Source: Coleofasciculus chthonoplastes F2-STO-03 (GTDB lineage Bacteria; Cyanobacteriota; Cyanobacteriia; Cyanobacteriales; Coleofasciculaceae). From it: a stretch of 51,235 nt of DNA. The stretch is taken from positions 1 to 51,235 of the forward strand of contig JAVJWO010000174.1 of the NCBI GenBank assembly GCA_040222015.1, written 5' to 3'. The notes under the pieces were generated by a model. The model ran no database searches. It was not told where the DNA came from and worked only from the letters and a program-made list of their open reading frames with translations. Below, in pieces: positions 1 to 10,365 of the stretch; within the stretch, counting starts at the first letter, position 1; each line of letters begins with the position of its first letter. The position numbers and the translations under genes were made by a program.

Positions 1-282
1 ATTCCCCTTCTCCAATGAAACAAAAGCGAAGCATCCTCTGTCATCCCCCCTCGCCAAAAAAGCGAAGCATCCTTAGTCCTCCCCCCTCTTGTAGGGGGGA
101 ATGAGGGGGGTAGGGGGGAACGAGGGGGGTGGGAGAAGGGGTTAGGGGATGAGGGGGAAAGGCTTGCCAGCATTGGTTTTTACCTTGGCGCGAATTCATA
201 CGATTAGGGTACGGCAATGCCGTACCCCTACGATACCCAGGCATAATTGATGGCGTAGGGACACGATAATATCGTGCCCTTC

Positions 283-3200
283 TCAATCTGGGAGTTGTGC
301 TAAGGCTTCCCGTACAACGTCAGCCCAATAGTCATCCTGATACTCTAGATATATCTCTAAGGCTGTCTGTAAATTCACCCTGGCTTCGGCGTAGTTTTCC
401 TGGGCTTCTGCCAGTAATCCTAAACAATGATAGGTTTTAGCTTGTTCGTAGCGATCGCGCAATTCAATATAAATATCCAGAGCCTGGTGATAGTATAGCT
501 TTGCCTGCTCATACTCCCGTAACTCTTCGGCAACCATTCCTAAATGGTGATAGGTGCCAGCTTGAGAGAAGCGATCGCGAAATTCAATGTAAATATCTAG
601 AGCCTGCTGATAGTATAGCCTTGCCTGCTCATACTCCCGTAACTTTTGGGCAACCCTTCCTAACTGGTGATAGGTGCTAGCTTGAGAGTAGCGATCGCTA
701 AATTCAATCTTAATATCCAGAGCCTGCTGATAGTATAGCTTTGCCTGCTCATACTCCCGTAACTCTTCGGCAACTGCTCCTAAATTGTGATAGGTGCTAG
801 CTTGAGAGTAGCGATCGCGAAATTCAATGAAAATATCCAGAGCCTGCTGATAGTATAGCTTTGCCTGCTCATACTCCCGTAACTCTTGGGCAACGATTCC
901 TAACTGGTGATAGGTGCGAGCTTGAGAGTAGCGATCGCGAAATTCAATGTAAATATCCAGAGCCTGCTGATAGTATAGCCTTGCCTGCTCATACTCCCGT
1001 AATTCTTGGGCAACCCTTCCTAACTGGTGATAGGTGCGAGCTTGAGAGTAGCGATCGCGCAATTCAATATAAATATCCAGAGCCTGCTGATAGTATCCCT
1101 TTGCCTGCTCATACTCCCGTAACTCTTCGGCAACTATTCCTAAATTGTGATAGGTGCCAGCTTGAGAGAAGCGATCGCTAAATTCAATGTAAATATCCAG
1201 AGCCTGCTGATAGTATATCTTTGCCTGCTCATACTCCCGTAACTCTTGGGCAACGAATCCTAAATTGTGATAGGTGCTAGCTTGTTCGTAGCGATCGCGA
1301 AATTCAATGTAAATATCCAGAGCCTGCTGATAGTATAGCTTTGCCTGCTCATACTCCCGTAACGCTTGGGCAACTGCTCCTAAATTGTGATAGGTGCTAG
1401 CTTGTTCGTAGCGATCGCGAAATTCAATACAAATATCCAGAGCCTGCTGACAATATAGCTTTGCCTGCTCATACTCCCGTAACTCTTGGGTAACTGCTCC
1501 TAACTGGTGATAGGTTGTAGCTATGTAAAGCTGTTTCTGTCTCTCCTCTACCCCGGTAAGCTGTTGGTAAAGTTCCAGCACCTGCTGATAAGTGGCTTTG
1601 GCTTGAGCATAATTCTGGGTTTCTAGGTAACAATAGGCTAACCGAGACTGTGCCATGACAATTTCTAACCCAATTTCACTGGTGTGTAATGATGCCGGAT
1701 ATGCCGCTTGTGCCTGACAGACGAATTCTGAGAGTTTGAGATTACTCTGGATATCATTAATCTGCAAGAAGTATTGAAACAAACAGAAAAAGATATCGAC
1801 GGTTTCCTGCTTCTCTAAACAGAGTTGCAGGGCATTGTAGAGATTTTCATACTCTAGTTGACAGAAGAAAATCCCCATTTGTCGTTCTTCCGCCTGCTTC
1901 GATTTCAGCCACTCCTGATAAACACCCGCCAACGCCAAATAGTGACGTTTAAACCCCTCGCGCAAGGCTTCCCGCATCGCTGCATCCTGTTGATTCAGCT
2001 TCATCCGCAAGAAATAAGGAAAAACAGGCTGAATCCTTAACAGACTATCATTAGCCCCCCTTTCAAAGGAGAGTTGGGGGGATTGAGAGGGGCTGGGGGA
2101 CAACAACCCCCAATTAATCGCCTCTTGAATTGCCCCATCAAACTCATCAAAGGGATAATCCTGAAACGGTGCTAACTGCTGCAACTCATTCACATAATTC
2201 CCAATCCCATCCCGATGAATAAACCCACTAAACGGCGCTAAACACAACAACAATTGCTGCGCCGCCGCCGACAAATTCCGATGGGAATACTCCACACATT
2301 GAACAATACTCTCCGTCTTATCCTCACTCCCCGAATCTAACGCAATATCCGCCTTTTCCAATCCCGCGACAATCTCCGCCGGGGATTGCTGCTTCAGATT
2401 CGCCAACACTACCTCCATCGCCAAGGGATACCCCGCCAAGAGTTTCATCAACCGAATAAACGCTTTATCTTCCCGTATCTGCGGAATCCTTGATTTCGGT
2501 AAATACCGTTCTAATATCTTTTGCGCCAACTCTGAACGCGCCTGAATATCTAATCCCTGTAACCGATACACATTATCGCCAAACGTGCCTTGTAACCACT
2601 CCTCGCCACTACGGGAACCCAACACCACCCGCGTTTTCCCACCCACTAATCGGCTGATAAAGTCCTGAATTTCCTCTCGCTTCTTCTTGGATAATGTATG
2701 TTTAATCGCCAACCGTTTCCCCGTCACCGATTCCAAGTTATCCAAAATCAGGATATGAGTCTCGGTTTTCAGTTTCTCCGCTAATTTCTGCACCTGGGCG
2801 GCGGGATTCATCGCCTGAAATCGGCTGAACTCGAACTTCTCATAAACCTGCTTACTAATCTCCCGCAGGATTTGCTTTAATGTCCAGGCTTTTGTGTCAT
2901 AACCAAAATAAAAGATGGCTTCAGCAAAGTGAGTGGTTTGCCACCATTCCCGTAAATAATTCAGGAGGGTAGTTTTCCCGGTTCCCCCCATCCCCCGCAA
3001 CAGGAGAATAGTATGGCGCAGCAATGCCTTTTCTATCTTGAGAATCTCCAAATCTCGTCCGACAAAGCCATAGGTGGGTGGAGTAAAGCGATACTGCTGC
3101 TGACGTGCGGCATAATAGTCTTCTTCTTCCTGAGGCGTAAATTCCCGTAAATTCAAATTAACGGGCTGATTGGTATAAACCACAGGTAAGAGCCAGTCTT

Positions 3201-4404
3201 CTAAGTCAATCGTTTGGTTATAATAGGCTTTACGTCCTTTATTATTAAAGAGTTCGCGGCGTCCCAGGCGGAGGGCTTCCCGAATCGTCTTTTCAGCAAA
3301 GACTTGGCGATAGACAGTTTCGATTAATAAGGAGGCGGCGGTTACGGTGACGGAATAGCCCATCGCGACTACTGTATGCATCCCCGCCGCCATTAGCCGA
3401 CTCCCTAAACTGGTTTCGCGGGCATCTTCTCCCCGGAGGGCTGGGGCATTTTCTCCCCCCTTACGAAGGGGGGGAGTAAGAGTAAGAGAAGCAGAAATCT
3501 GTTTCCCCGATTGACAAGCATTTAAAATACAAACCGGAATCCCTTTTCCTGTCAACAAACCCGCCAACTCCGACGCCTCCACCGGATCAGCCTTTCCCTG
3601 ACTTTCTCCCTCCAAAAACAGAAACGCCTTCACTCCTTCATACGGATCAATATCCTCTCGCCCCCACCGCGCCTGAAACGTATACCGCTTCTTTTCTATC
3701 CCCTTGTGCACTTGGTCATAACTCATCAATGAGCCATGGGCATCAAAATGAATAATATGATAATATCCCGCCCCTTTCTCCTCTAGATGTTTCGATAAGG
3801 CTTGATACGTTCCCGGACGCAATAACTCCACATTCACCCGTAACTTTGCCGTCTCAATCGCTTCAATTAAGGGACGGGAAATGGTACGATAGCCGACATC
3901 CCTTTCTTCATCCGGTCGTGCTGTCACCAAGAGTAAATTAATTACCGGAAAAGCTGGCATACTAGCCCCAATGGGAACGGGTTTGGTATGCTTCCGCAGC
4001 ATCAGACAATCCACCGCCAGGGGACGGGGTAAATCCGGATCACGCAGGGCTTCCCAATGCAGCGCCTGAAACTCTGGCGTCTGGCTTTCAATCTCGATTT
4101 GTAGCTGACTTAAATTCCCCCGGATTTGCCGATACTCGCTATAGGCGTCAATATTGGTTCTAAATACCTGCTCAAATAATTGTTCCCCGTAAGACTTAAC
4201 CGATTCCTTCGCCTGTACTGCCTTCACCGTTCCCAATTGGGAAAAAACTAACCATTGTTCAAAATACCATTCCAGAATCTGTTCTTGTTTGGGGGTGAAA
4301 GGATCAGTAATCGCGATGGGATAATTCACCCGCCCATCAAAACTGAGAGTCGCGGTAAATCCGCTATCCGTTGATTCCTGTTCGCGAATGGTGATGGTTG
4401 TCAT
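283..4404 (-). CDS. CHAT (caspase-like) protease + STAND/NB-ARC-like NTPase + TPR-repeat protein (NLR-like)
   Basis: His-Cys dyad motifs IIHFDAHG and ILNACQSG; Walker A GMGGTGKT, Walker B ILILDNLE, LAGYPLAM (GxPLA); ten 40-aa TPR units at the C-terminus. Confidence 0.9.
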   Translation of the reverse strand: MTTITIREQESTDSGFTATLSFDGRVNYPIAITDPFTPKQEQILEWYFEQWLVFSQLGTVKAVQAKESVKSYGEQLFEQVFRTNIDAYSEYRQIRGNLSQLQIEIESQTPEFQALHWEALRDPDLPRPLAVDCLMLRKHTKPVPIGASMPAFPVINLLLVTARPDEERDVGYRTISRPLIEAIETAKLRVNVELLRPGTYQALSKHLEEKGAGYYHIIHFDAHGSLMSYDQVHKGIEKKRYTFQARWGREDIDPYEGVKAFLFLEGESQGKADPVEASELAGLLTGKGIPVCILNACQSGKQISASLTLTPPLRKGGENAPALRGEDARETSLGSRLMAAGMHTVVAMGYSVTVTAASLLIETVYRQVFAEKTIREALRLGRRELFNNKGRKAYYNQTIDLEDWLLPVVYTNQPVNLNLREFTPQEEEDYYAARQQQYRFTPPTYGFVGRDLEILKIEKALLRHTILLLRGMGGTGKTTLLNYLREWWQTTHFAEAIFYFGYDTKAWTLKQILREISKQVYEKFEFSRFQAMNPAAQVQKLAEKLKTETHILILDNLESVTGKRLAIKHTLSKKKREEIQDFISRLVGGKTRVVLGSRSGEEWLQGTFGDNVYRLQGLDIQARSELAQKILERYLPKSRIPQIREDKAFIRLMKLLAGYPLAMEVVLANLKQQSPAEIVAGLEKADIALDSGSEDKTESIVQCVEYSHRNLSAAAQQLLLCLAPFSGFIHRDGIGNYVNELQQLAPFQDYPFDEFDGAIQEAINWGLLSPSPSQSPQLSFERGANDSLLRIQPVFPYFLRMKLNQQDAAMREALREGFKRHYLALAGVYQEWLKSKQAEERQMGIFFCQLEYENLYNALQLCLEKQETVDIFFCLFQYFLQINDIQSNLKLSEFVCQAQAAYPASLHTSEIGLEIVMAQSRLAYCYLETQNYAQAKATYQQVLELYQQLTGVEERQKQLYIATTYHQLGAVTQELREYEQAKLYCQQALDICIEFRDRYEQASTYHNLGAVAQALREYEQAKLYYQQALDIYIEFRDRYEQASTYHNLGFVAQELREYEQAKIYYQQALDIYIEFSDRFSQAGTYHNLGIVAEELREYEQAKGYYQQALDIYIELRDRYSQARTYHQLGRVAQELREYEQARLYYQQALDIYIEFRDRYSQARTYHQLGIVAQELREYEQAKLYYQQALDIFIEFRDRYSQASTYHNLGAVAEELREYEQAKLYYQQALDIKIEFSDRYSQASTYHQLGRVAQKLREYEQARLYYQQALDIYIEFRDRFSQAGTYHHLGMVAEELREYEQAKLYYHQALDIYIELRDRYEQAKTYHCLGLLAEAQENYAEARVNLQTALEIYLEYQDDYWADVVREALAQLPD
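419..1522 (-). repeat. Near-perfect 120-bp tandem repeat encoding the TPR array (9 near-identical units plus a divergent terminal unit)
   Basis: Lines repeat every 120 nt; HIP1 GCGATCGC at 451, 571, 691, 811, 931, 1051, 1171, 1291, 1411. Confidence 0.95.
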
Positions 4405-4448
4405 TGTTCCCTTTCCTAACCAAATTGTCCTGCCTTAAACCGATAACC

Positions 4449-6515
4449 CTAAAACACATACTCCACTTCAACAATTTCTGTATATTCAAACTCATTCGGA
4501 CTAGGTTTAACCAAATCATAACAAACACCTCCCAGTTCCATGCGATCGCGATCGCACTCGGGTTTCGGTGAATTGTACACTAGGACGTATTCTCGCCCAA
4601 TATAGGATTCCATCTCTTTCGCCACCTCCCCTCGCCATTGAGTCTTGGTGACTAACACAACTAACTGATTGGCTAACGTGGGCAGGGTTTGGGCAATTTG
4701 GCGGCGGTAAATTTCATCCAAACTGCCAAACGGTGAATCCATAACCATGGGAAACGTGCTACTATCAGGTCCCATCAGCGCCTGTTCTTGAATCCAATCC
4801 CGCACCCGATCAATAATTCCACCAATAAATGAAAGGCTGAGAATTTGGTTTTCTCCCGTAGACGCCGCCACGAGTTCTTCGTTTCCAGAGGTTTTTTCCA
4901 CTAAGGTTAATTCATAGTTCTGATTCAGTTTAGGAAGATAAGGCGTAAACGAAATCCCGGTAAAAATCTCCTGAACTCGCTTTTCTAAAGACGTGCGAAA
5001 CTGATTATCTAGTCGGGTTCTAACTTCAATCAATCGTTCAATCGCGTCCTGAGTTGCCGCAATCCGCCGTTGCGCCAAGGCTTGCTTTGCCTGATTCATT
5101 TGATGTTTGGAAATTTGCTTAACGATGGCTTGTATATCAGTGGCTAACTGTTCAATTTGCTGCTGATTTGCTCCCTTTTCTAGAGTTAAATCGCGCAGAG
5201 TTACATCAATTTCATCTAGGCGCTTTTGGAGTTGGCTAATATCCTCATCTGGAAACGTGAGCAGCTTTTTTCTAATATCATCTAGTTGGGTTTCAATACG
5301 AGAAATTTCCGCTCGTTCTTGAGCTAGAATTATCTGTTGCTGATCCACATCTGCCCAAAAATCGGGGATTTGCCGTTCAATTTCACCAACCTGTACCCCT
5401 AAGCGAATCGCCGTTTCTTCCACATCCGCTAATCCAGCTTTCTCCCTCCAAGCCGCAACCTGTTGATAGGCTGGCGTTCCTTCCTGTAATTGCGTACCAC
5501 AGATACAGCGCTGGCTGTGCAGCAAATCCTGGACAAATTGCTGTTTAATCCCAACCGGAAGTTCGCCGCGCGATCGCAAGTCTTCGACAATGGACTGAAA
5601 CGCTGTGATCACTGGGGATAATAATACAGTATAGCTACGTGTAGACAGGGCGCGTTTAAGGTTATCTTTTGCCTGTTTAAGCTGGTCTCGATGTAATGTT
5701 TGTTGTGCCTCCAGTTCATCCCGTAGCTGTTGCAACTCTTGAGCGCCACCGAGTTCCAACAAGCGACTACTCAAGGTTTGCTTTAATTCATCGTGGTGGG
5801 CTAATTCCTGCTCGATTTCGACTTGACGACTTACTAGATTGTGACTTTTTTGTTCCAGTTGCTTTTGTTCTTTGAGTAGTTTTTTGGTTTGCGAATCGCC
5901 AATCAAGGATAATTCAGCTTCTAAGGTTTTTCTGGCTTCCTTGAGATGCTTAATTGAGCGATTTAACACCTCAACACCGAGCAATGTCTTCGTCGCTTCA
6001 GCAATGTCGGCTTTTTTATCAGAACGGGCAATTTGCTCGATTCGTTCCCCATCAAAGAAGAAGTATTGATGTAAGCTTGCAGGTAAGATACGCCCAATTA
6101 TATCTTCTGGAAGTTGTTGGGGTAGGAGCCAGCGACCATCATCATCGGCAATTTGTAGATATAATTCACTTTTCCCCTGTTCCACGCCCGCTTCTGTCTT
6201 GTAAGCGCGGCAGAGTCGCTTTGCCTGGTAGCGTTTATTCTGATGCTCAAACCCAATTTCTACCCAACATTCTACCGATTCCTTTAGGGCAGCTTCACTA
6301 ATTGCCCGTTTGTTCACCAATTGTTCTTGAGACGCAAACGCCGCCGTGAATTTCTCGTACAGCACCCAGGTGAAGCCATTTAATAGCGTCGTCTTTCCAG
6401 CACCATTGTTACCATGAATCACCGTCGTATTGCGATCGCCAGTTGCCAGAGTTATTTCGGGTGTCTTTCCATAAAACTGGCGAAAATTGCACAGCCGGAT
6501 TGACCTCAGCTTCAT
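4449..6515 (-). CDS. SMC/Rad50-like (DndD-like) ABC ATPase
   Basis: N-terminal NFRQF and Walker A GNNGAGKT; FFFDGE Q-loop region; long coiled coil with central CICG hook; signature STGENQ; Walker B/D-loop MDSPFGSLD. Confidence 0.88.
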   Translation of the reverse strand: MKLRSIRLCNFRQFYGKTPEITLATGDRNTTVIHGNNGAGKTTLLNGFTWVLYEKFTAAFASQEQLVNKRAISEAALKESVECWVEIGFEHQNKRYQAKRLCRAYKTEAGVEQGKSELYLQIADDDGRWLLPQQLPEDIIGRILPASLHQYFFFDGERIEQIARSDKKADIAEATKTLLGVEVLNRSIKHLKEARKTLEAELSLIGDSQTKKLLKEQKQLEQKSHNLVSRQVEIEQELAHHDELKQTLSSRLLELGGAQELQQLRDELEAQQTLHRDQLKQAKDNLKRALSTRSYTVLLSPVITAFQSIVEDLRSRGELPVGIKQQFVQDLLHSQRCICGTQLQEGTPAYQQVAAWREKAGLADVEETAIRLGVQVGEIERQIPDFWADVDQQQIILAQERAEISRIETQLDDIRKKLLTFPDEDISQLQKRLDEIDVTLRDLTLEKGANQQQIEQLATDIQAIVKQISKHQMNQAKQALAQRRIAATQDAIERLIEVRTRLDNQFRTSLEKRVQEIFTGISFTPYLPKLNQNYELTLVEKTSGNEELVAASTGENQILSLSFIGGIIDRVRDWIQEQALMGPDSSTFPMVMDSPFGSLDEIYRRQIAQTLPTLANQLVVLVTKTQWRGEVAKEMESYIGREYVLVYNSPKPECDRDRMELGGVCYDLVKPSPNEFEYTEIVEVEYVF

Positions 6516-6757
6516 TGCACTTCTTCCTTGACAATTCTCAAGATGTCATCATTGATATGGCGGGGGGTCTTCATATAAAGTTTATCTTTTTCGGCTTGTA
6601 ACACTCTCTCTATAATCCGCCGCACCTCTGGCGATGCACCGGTAATGGGTTCTTGTACGTCAAACAGCGCCGCATTTCGATTATAGGGGGAACGCTTTTC
6701 CGATAAAATTCTGGAGATTGCTTGAGTGGCTATGTCCGGATATTTAAAAGTCATCAC
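6512..6757 (-). CDS. Small hypothetical protein (81 aa) translationally coupled to the ATPase
   Basis: ATGA stop/start overlap at 6512-6515 with the ATPase; helical, protein-like composition. Confidence 0.75.
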   Translation of the reverse strand: MMTFKYPDIATQAISRILSEKRSPYNRNAALFDVQEPITGASPEVRRIIERVLQAEKDKLYMKTPRHINDDILRIVKEEVQ

Positions 6758-7260
6758 ATCAGGGGTTGACGAAAACTGAAATTACGATTATATTTACTTT
6801 TTATTTGTATTTCTTCATAAAACCTTAACTTTATGTGTTGTATTTACTCCCAAAGTAGAATAATGTAATGTATACTTAATTTAAGCAGGGTGTTTGTTCG
6901 TGAATAATTATGCATTTAGTTAAACGATCGCCGTTTCGTGTGCTTTTAAGGAGTAACATTAAAAGCTGACTTGAGAAAGTTGCTCATAGTCTGTGACTTG
7001 TACAGAACACGGATACATGATTTCCGGTAAGACTAGGTGATTCTTATTGTTCATCACCCTTGTACCTTGTTTTGATGTCACTCTCTACTATAACAACCTA
7101 ATACCTAATGGTGGGTAGGCTGGGTTAGTTATAACTCCATAAAGATTTATCGCAATCCTCTGCAGACAGACCTATTGAGCTACAGACAATCCCCTGATTT
7201 TGCCGAGAGTCTATGCCACACCCTCATTGTCCAAATTAGTAATAACTGTCAATACCTATC

Positions 7261-8442
7261 ATGAAAAAACCAATCGTAGCTTTAGGATTTACTGTCTTTT
7301 CCTTCATGTTGCCCGCAGAGGCTTTAGCGGCTACATTTAGCAAAATGTACGTCTTTGGTGATAGTCTCTCTGATCCCGGTAACATTTACAATGCCACCGC
7401 TGCCGTTAATAGTATACCGATGCCTCCGGGGATTGACGTACTACCCGTTGAACCTACTGTTCCTCCCTACGATAATGAAGGACGTTTTTCTAATGATCTA
7501 GTCTGGAGCGATTACTTGGCAGAGGATTTAGGATTAGACCTCATACCCTCTACGGAATTATCCGTGCTTTTGCCTGGTTCTGATATTCTTTCGCCCATCG
7601 CATTCGTTAACGGTTCACCTCAAGTTAGTCCTTTCTTTAATGGTGCGACGGCGACCAACAGCGTGAACTTTGCCTTCGGTGCGGCTCAAACAGGAACTCA
7701 AGGGGTGGGTGAGTTTGGTGAACTGATACCGGGAATGTTGACTCAAGTTGAGTGGTTTAAAGATGATCTAGCTGTAGCAGGTCAACAAGCAGATGAAGAG
7801 GCACTCTATATTATCTGGGGGGGTCCTAATGATTACCAGCTTGTACCCGACCCTGACCCGATGGAAACAGTAGGGAATTTAGCCGCAGGGATACAAACAC
7901 TCTATGATTTAGGAGCGCGTAATTTCCTTGTCCCGAACTTGCCAGATTTGGGTAAAACCCCTCGCGCACTTAGCATGGGTGATCATATATCCATGAGTCT
8001 TACCACATTATCTCAAATCCATAACACCCTATTAAACAGAAGTCTTGGTGATTTGAGCCAATTGAATAACATCAATATCGTAGAGTTTGATACTTTTTCG
8101 ATGTTGAATAAAACCATCGCCAATCCCGAAGTCAAGGGTTTCACCAATGTTACCAACTCTTGCATCGAACCCCTAAAAGATGACGGTAAATTAGATGGAA
8201 CACAAGCTTTTGAAGTTTGTGATAACCCAGACGAGTATTTGTTCTGGGATGGTATTCACCCAACCACTGTCGCCCATGAACAACTCGCTGATGAGGCACT
8301 CTTAGCGCTGGAGTCAGAACCGCAGTCGGTTCCTGAACCGGTTTCGTCCGCTGCATTGGGATTTTTGGGACTCGGTTGGTTAATCGACAAGAAATTCAAG
8401 AAATTCCAGGCTAACTGTTCGACAAAAGAGGAGAGCAATTAA
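7261..8442 (+). CDS. SGNH/GDSL hydrolase with PEP-CTERM sorting signal
   Basis: Signal peptide; FGDSLSD, GRFSN, GPND and FWDGIHPT blocks; C-terminal VPEP + hydrophobic helix + KKFKK. Confidence 0.92.
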   Translation: MKKPIVALGFTVFSFMLPAEALAATFSKMYVFGDSLSDPGNIYNATAAVNSIPMPPGIDVLPVEPTVPPYDNEGRFSNDLVWSDYLAEDLGLDLIPSTELSVLLPGSDILSPIAFVNGSPQVSPFFNGATATNSVNFAFGAAQTGTQGVGEFGELIPGMLTQVEWFKDDLAVAGQQADEEALYIIWGGPNDYQLVPDPDPMETVGNLAAGIQTLYDLGARNFLVPNLPDLGKTPRALSMGDHISMSLTTLSQIHNTLLNRSLGDLSQLNNINIVEFDTFSMLNKTIANPEVKGFTNVTNSCIEPLKDDGKLDGTQAFEVCDNPDEYLFWDGIHPTTVAHEQLADEALLALESEPQSVPEPVSSAALGFLGLGWLIDKKFKKFQANCSTKEESN

Positions 8443-8470
8443 TCGTGTAGAGACGTTGGCTACAACGTCT

Positions 8471-9439
8471 CTATATTTCAGATAATAAAGGCATCTGCTT
8501 GGGTCTTGGTTCTTGGCAATATTGCTGGGACATTTGATAAAATTTGCGAGCGTAAATAACTTGAGTTAAAAGTTGCCAACCTTTCCGAGAAAACAAAGCG
8601 GGAAATAACAGGGGAAGCGCCTGATCAAATTTCCCTTGCTTGAAGCCCACTAAACTCCAGTACAACGTCAAAAAATCCTGAATATCTTGCAACGAGGGCA
8701 GAGAATCACGATACTTTGGATGGACAAATTGATAAATTTTTTCTTTAATCGAAATATGCTTTTGCAGGCGCTGTTGGAGGGAAAACTTGAGATGATTCCC
8801 TTGATGCCATAACGTCCGGTAGGCTAAATGCTGATTCACTAAAATGGCATCTCCATATTGGGCAATTTTCACCCATGAGTCAATATCATCGTAGTTCACT
8901 TCAAAGCTGGAATCCCATCCCCCGGATTTGACAAAGGCATCTTTGCGAAAGGCAACTTGTACAGGTGTACCAAAGGGGAGTTGCTCTAAAAACATCCGAT
9001 AATGAACCTCAGACTGAGGCACATAATCAATTTTGCGATCGCTGATTGGTTGGGTACGTGATACTTCTGTACCATTCTCGTTGACTTGTATCGCTTGACT
9101 GGAACAGAGAACCGCTTGGGAGTATCTGGCGATCGCGTTGGTTAATTCCTGAATACAATTGGGGGCAAGATAGTCATCGTCGTCAATGGGTTTAATCCAA
9201 TCCCCTTGAGCTAGCTTAACGGCGGCGTTCATCGTGGCGCAATGTCCTAAGTTAACTGGATTGCGGTGATAAACCACGCGATCGCCTAAACTACGGATGT
9301 ATGCCTCTGTACCATCTGAGGAACCATCGTCAGCAACAATCACTTCACAGGGTAACGTTTGTGACAATGCTGATTCAACGGCTCGTTGCAACAGAGACAA
9401 ACGGTTATAGGTGGTAATGACAATAGTAAATTTAAACAC
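8471..9439 (-). CDS. Glycosyltransferase family 2
   Basis: TIVITTYNR, ADDGSSDGT, DDDD (DxD) motifs. Confidence 0.92.
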   Translation of the reverse strand: MFKFTIVITTYNRLSLLQRAVESALSQTLPCEVIVADDGSSDGTEAYIRSLGDRVVYHRNPVNLGHCATMNAAVKLAQGDWIKPIDDDDYLAPNCIQELTNAIARYSQAVLCSSQAIQVNENGTEVSRTQPISDRKIDYVPQSEVHYRMFLEQLPFGTPVQVAFRKDAFVKSGGWDSSFEVNYDDIDSWVKIAQYGDAILVNQHLAYRTLWHQGNHLKFSLQQRLQKHISIKEKIYQFVHPKYRDSLPSLQDIQDFLTLYWSLVGFKQGKFDQALPLLFPALFSRKGWQLLTQVIYARKFYQMSQQYCQEPRPKQMPLLSEI

Positions 9440-9594
9440 AATGCAAGACCCGCCTCGACTTACAGACCATTATCTAACAGGTTTTCTTAAATTCCCATAA
9501 AGCCAGGATAAAGATTTAGGTATTTTCCACAATACCTATTGATACCCATACTTCGGACTAGACATGAACTTGTAAGACCAATAGAATTCAGCCC

Positions 9595-9628
9595 AAGAAT
9601 CCCTCGCTTTAAGCGATGGAAGTGTCAA
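9595..9628 (+). mobile_element. Isolated IS200/IS605 (tnpB-type) right-end hairpin remnant
   Basis: AAGAATCCCTCGCTTTAAGCGATGGAAGTGTCAA resembles the GAATCCC..hairpin..GAGTGTCAA right ends of these elements. Confidence 0.55.
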
Positions 9629-10206
9629 CGAACTGGATATGACTCAACACCCAGCTTCTTGAAGTCCGTGAAAACCTTTATTGGATAAGCTTTCCGCCTG
9701 CATCTGCTTGGATGAATCATGGAGACTGGCTCTTAGCCGATGGATTGAGGAAAAAAGTAACGAATTTAACCTAAAATATAGTAAAGGGGGTTTTGATCAT
9801 GCGCTTTATCCCTGATTACTCCCGTCTGGCACACCCAGAGCAACAACCTGCCAGGGATGCAAAAATCTTGTCTGCTCTCTTCGGAAAATCTCGGAGACTC
9901 AATCATGAAAGTATTCACACCGATTGACATGACTGCTACGAGTTCTTTAAGACTTGAAGCGATTCAACATTATATTTTAGAAAAAATTAATAAATTCATA
10001 GTTTATCCTCTGATACAATTCTGGCGCTTCAGCAGTTATTATGGAGCGTTTATTACCCAAACAAATTATCCAGATAAATAATAAAATAAGTAAATTAACC
10101 CTAAAAACATCTTAATTGGCAGGGCAAGTATTTTTGGTTCGATGCTTCCAGATCCAACCTGGCTCTGGTTCACTAATTTCGATCCAACCGTTTTCTTCTT
10201 TTCCCG

Positions 10207-10365
10207 TTACCGGCGAGGCGAAGTTGATAATCGGTTAATCCCCGAAATCGCGATCGCGCCTAGAGTAAACGCGCCGACACCGATTAATATGGATAAGGTG
10301 CGAGGCGAGTGAGTAATCGGATTCGGGTGAGATGAGGAATGGACTGGCGATCGCGAACGATTCAC
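10207..10365 (-). CDS. Candidate 52-aa single-pass membrane microprotein (not in the ORF track)
   Basis: Hand translation from GTG: VNRSRSPVHSSSHPNPITHSPRTLSILIGVGAFTLGAIAISGINRLSTSPRR*; one TM-like stretch, basic tail, two HIP1 sites. Confidence 0.35.
   Translation of the reverse strand: MNRSRSPVHSSSHPNPITHSPRTLSILIGVGAFTLGAIAISGINRLSTSPRR

Noticed and set aside
41..286. 81-aa ORF after the CHAT-TPR gene
   Set aside because: Built from REP palindromes and G/C-rich repeats; low-complexity translation
861..1181. Repetitive + strand ORF, and the many other short ORFs antisense to or inside long genes
   Set aside because: Shadow frames of well-supported genes
419..1522. Possible DGR template/variable repeat pair
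   Set aside because: Contiguous coding repeats, variation not adenine-specific, and no reverse transcriptase in the window
4449..6515. Calling a complete Dnd phosphorothioation or SbcCD system
   Set aside because: No dndA/B/C/E or sbcD gene in the window
9857..10081. 74-aa ORF
   Set aside because: No motif, AT-rich, no clear RBS; cannot support
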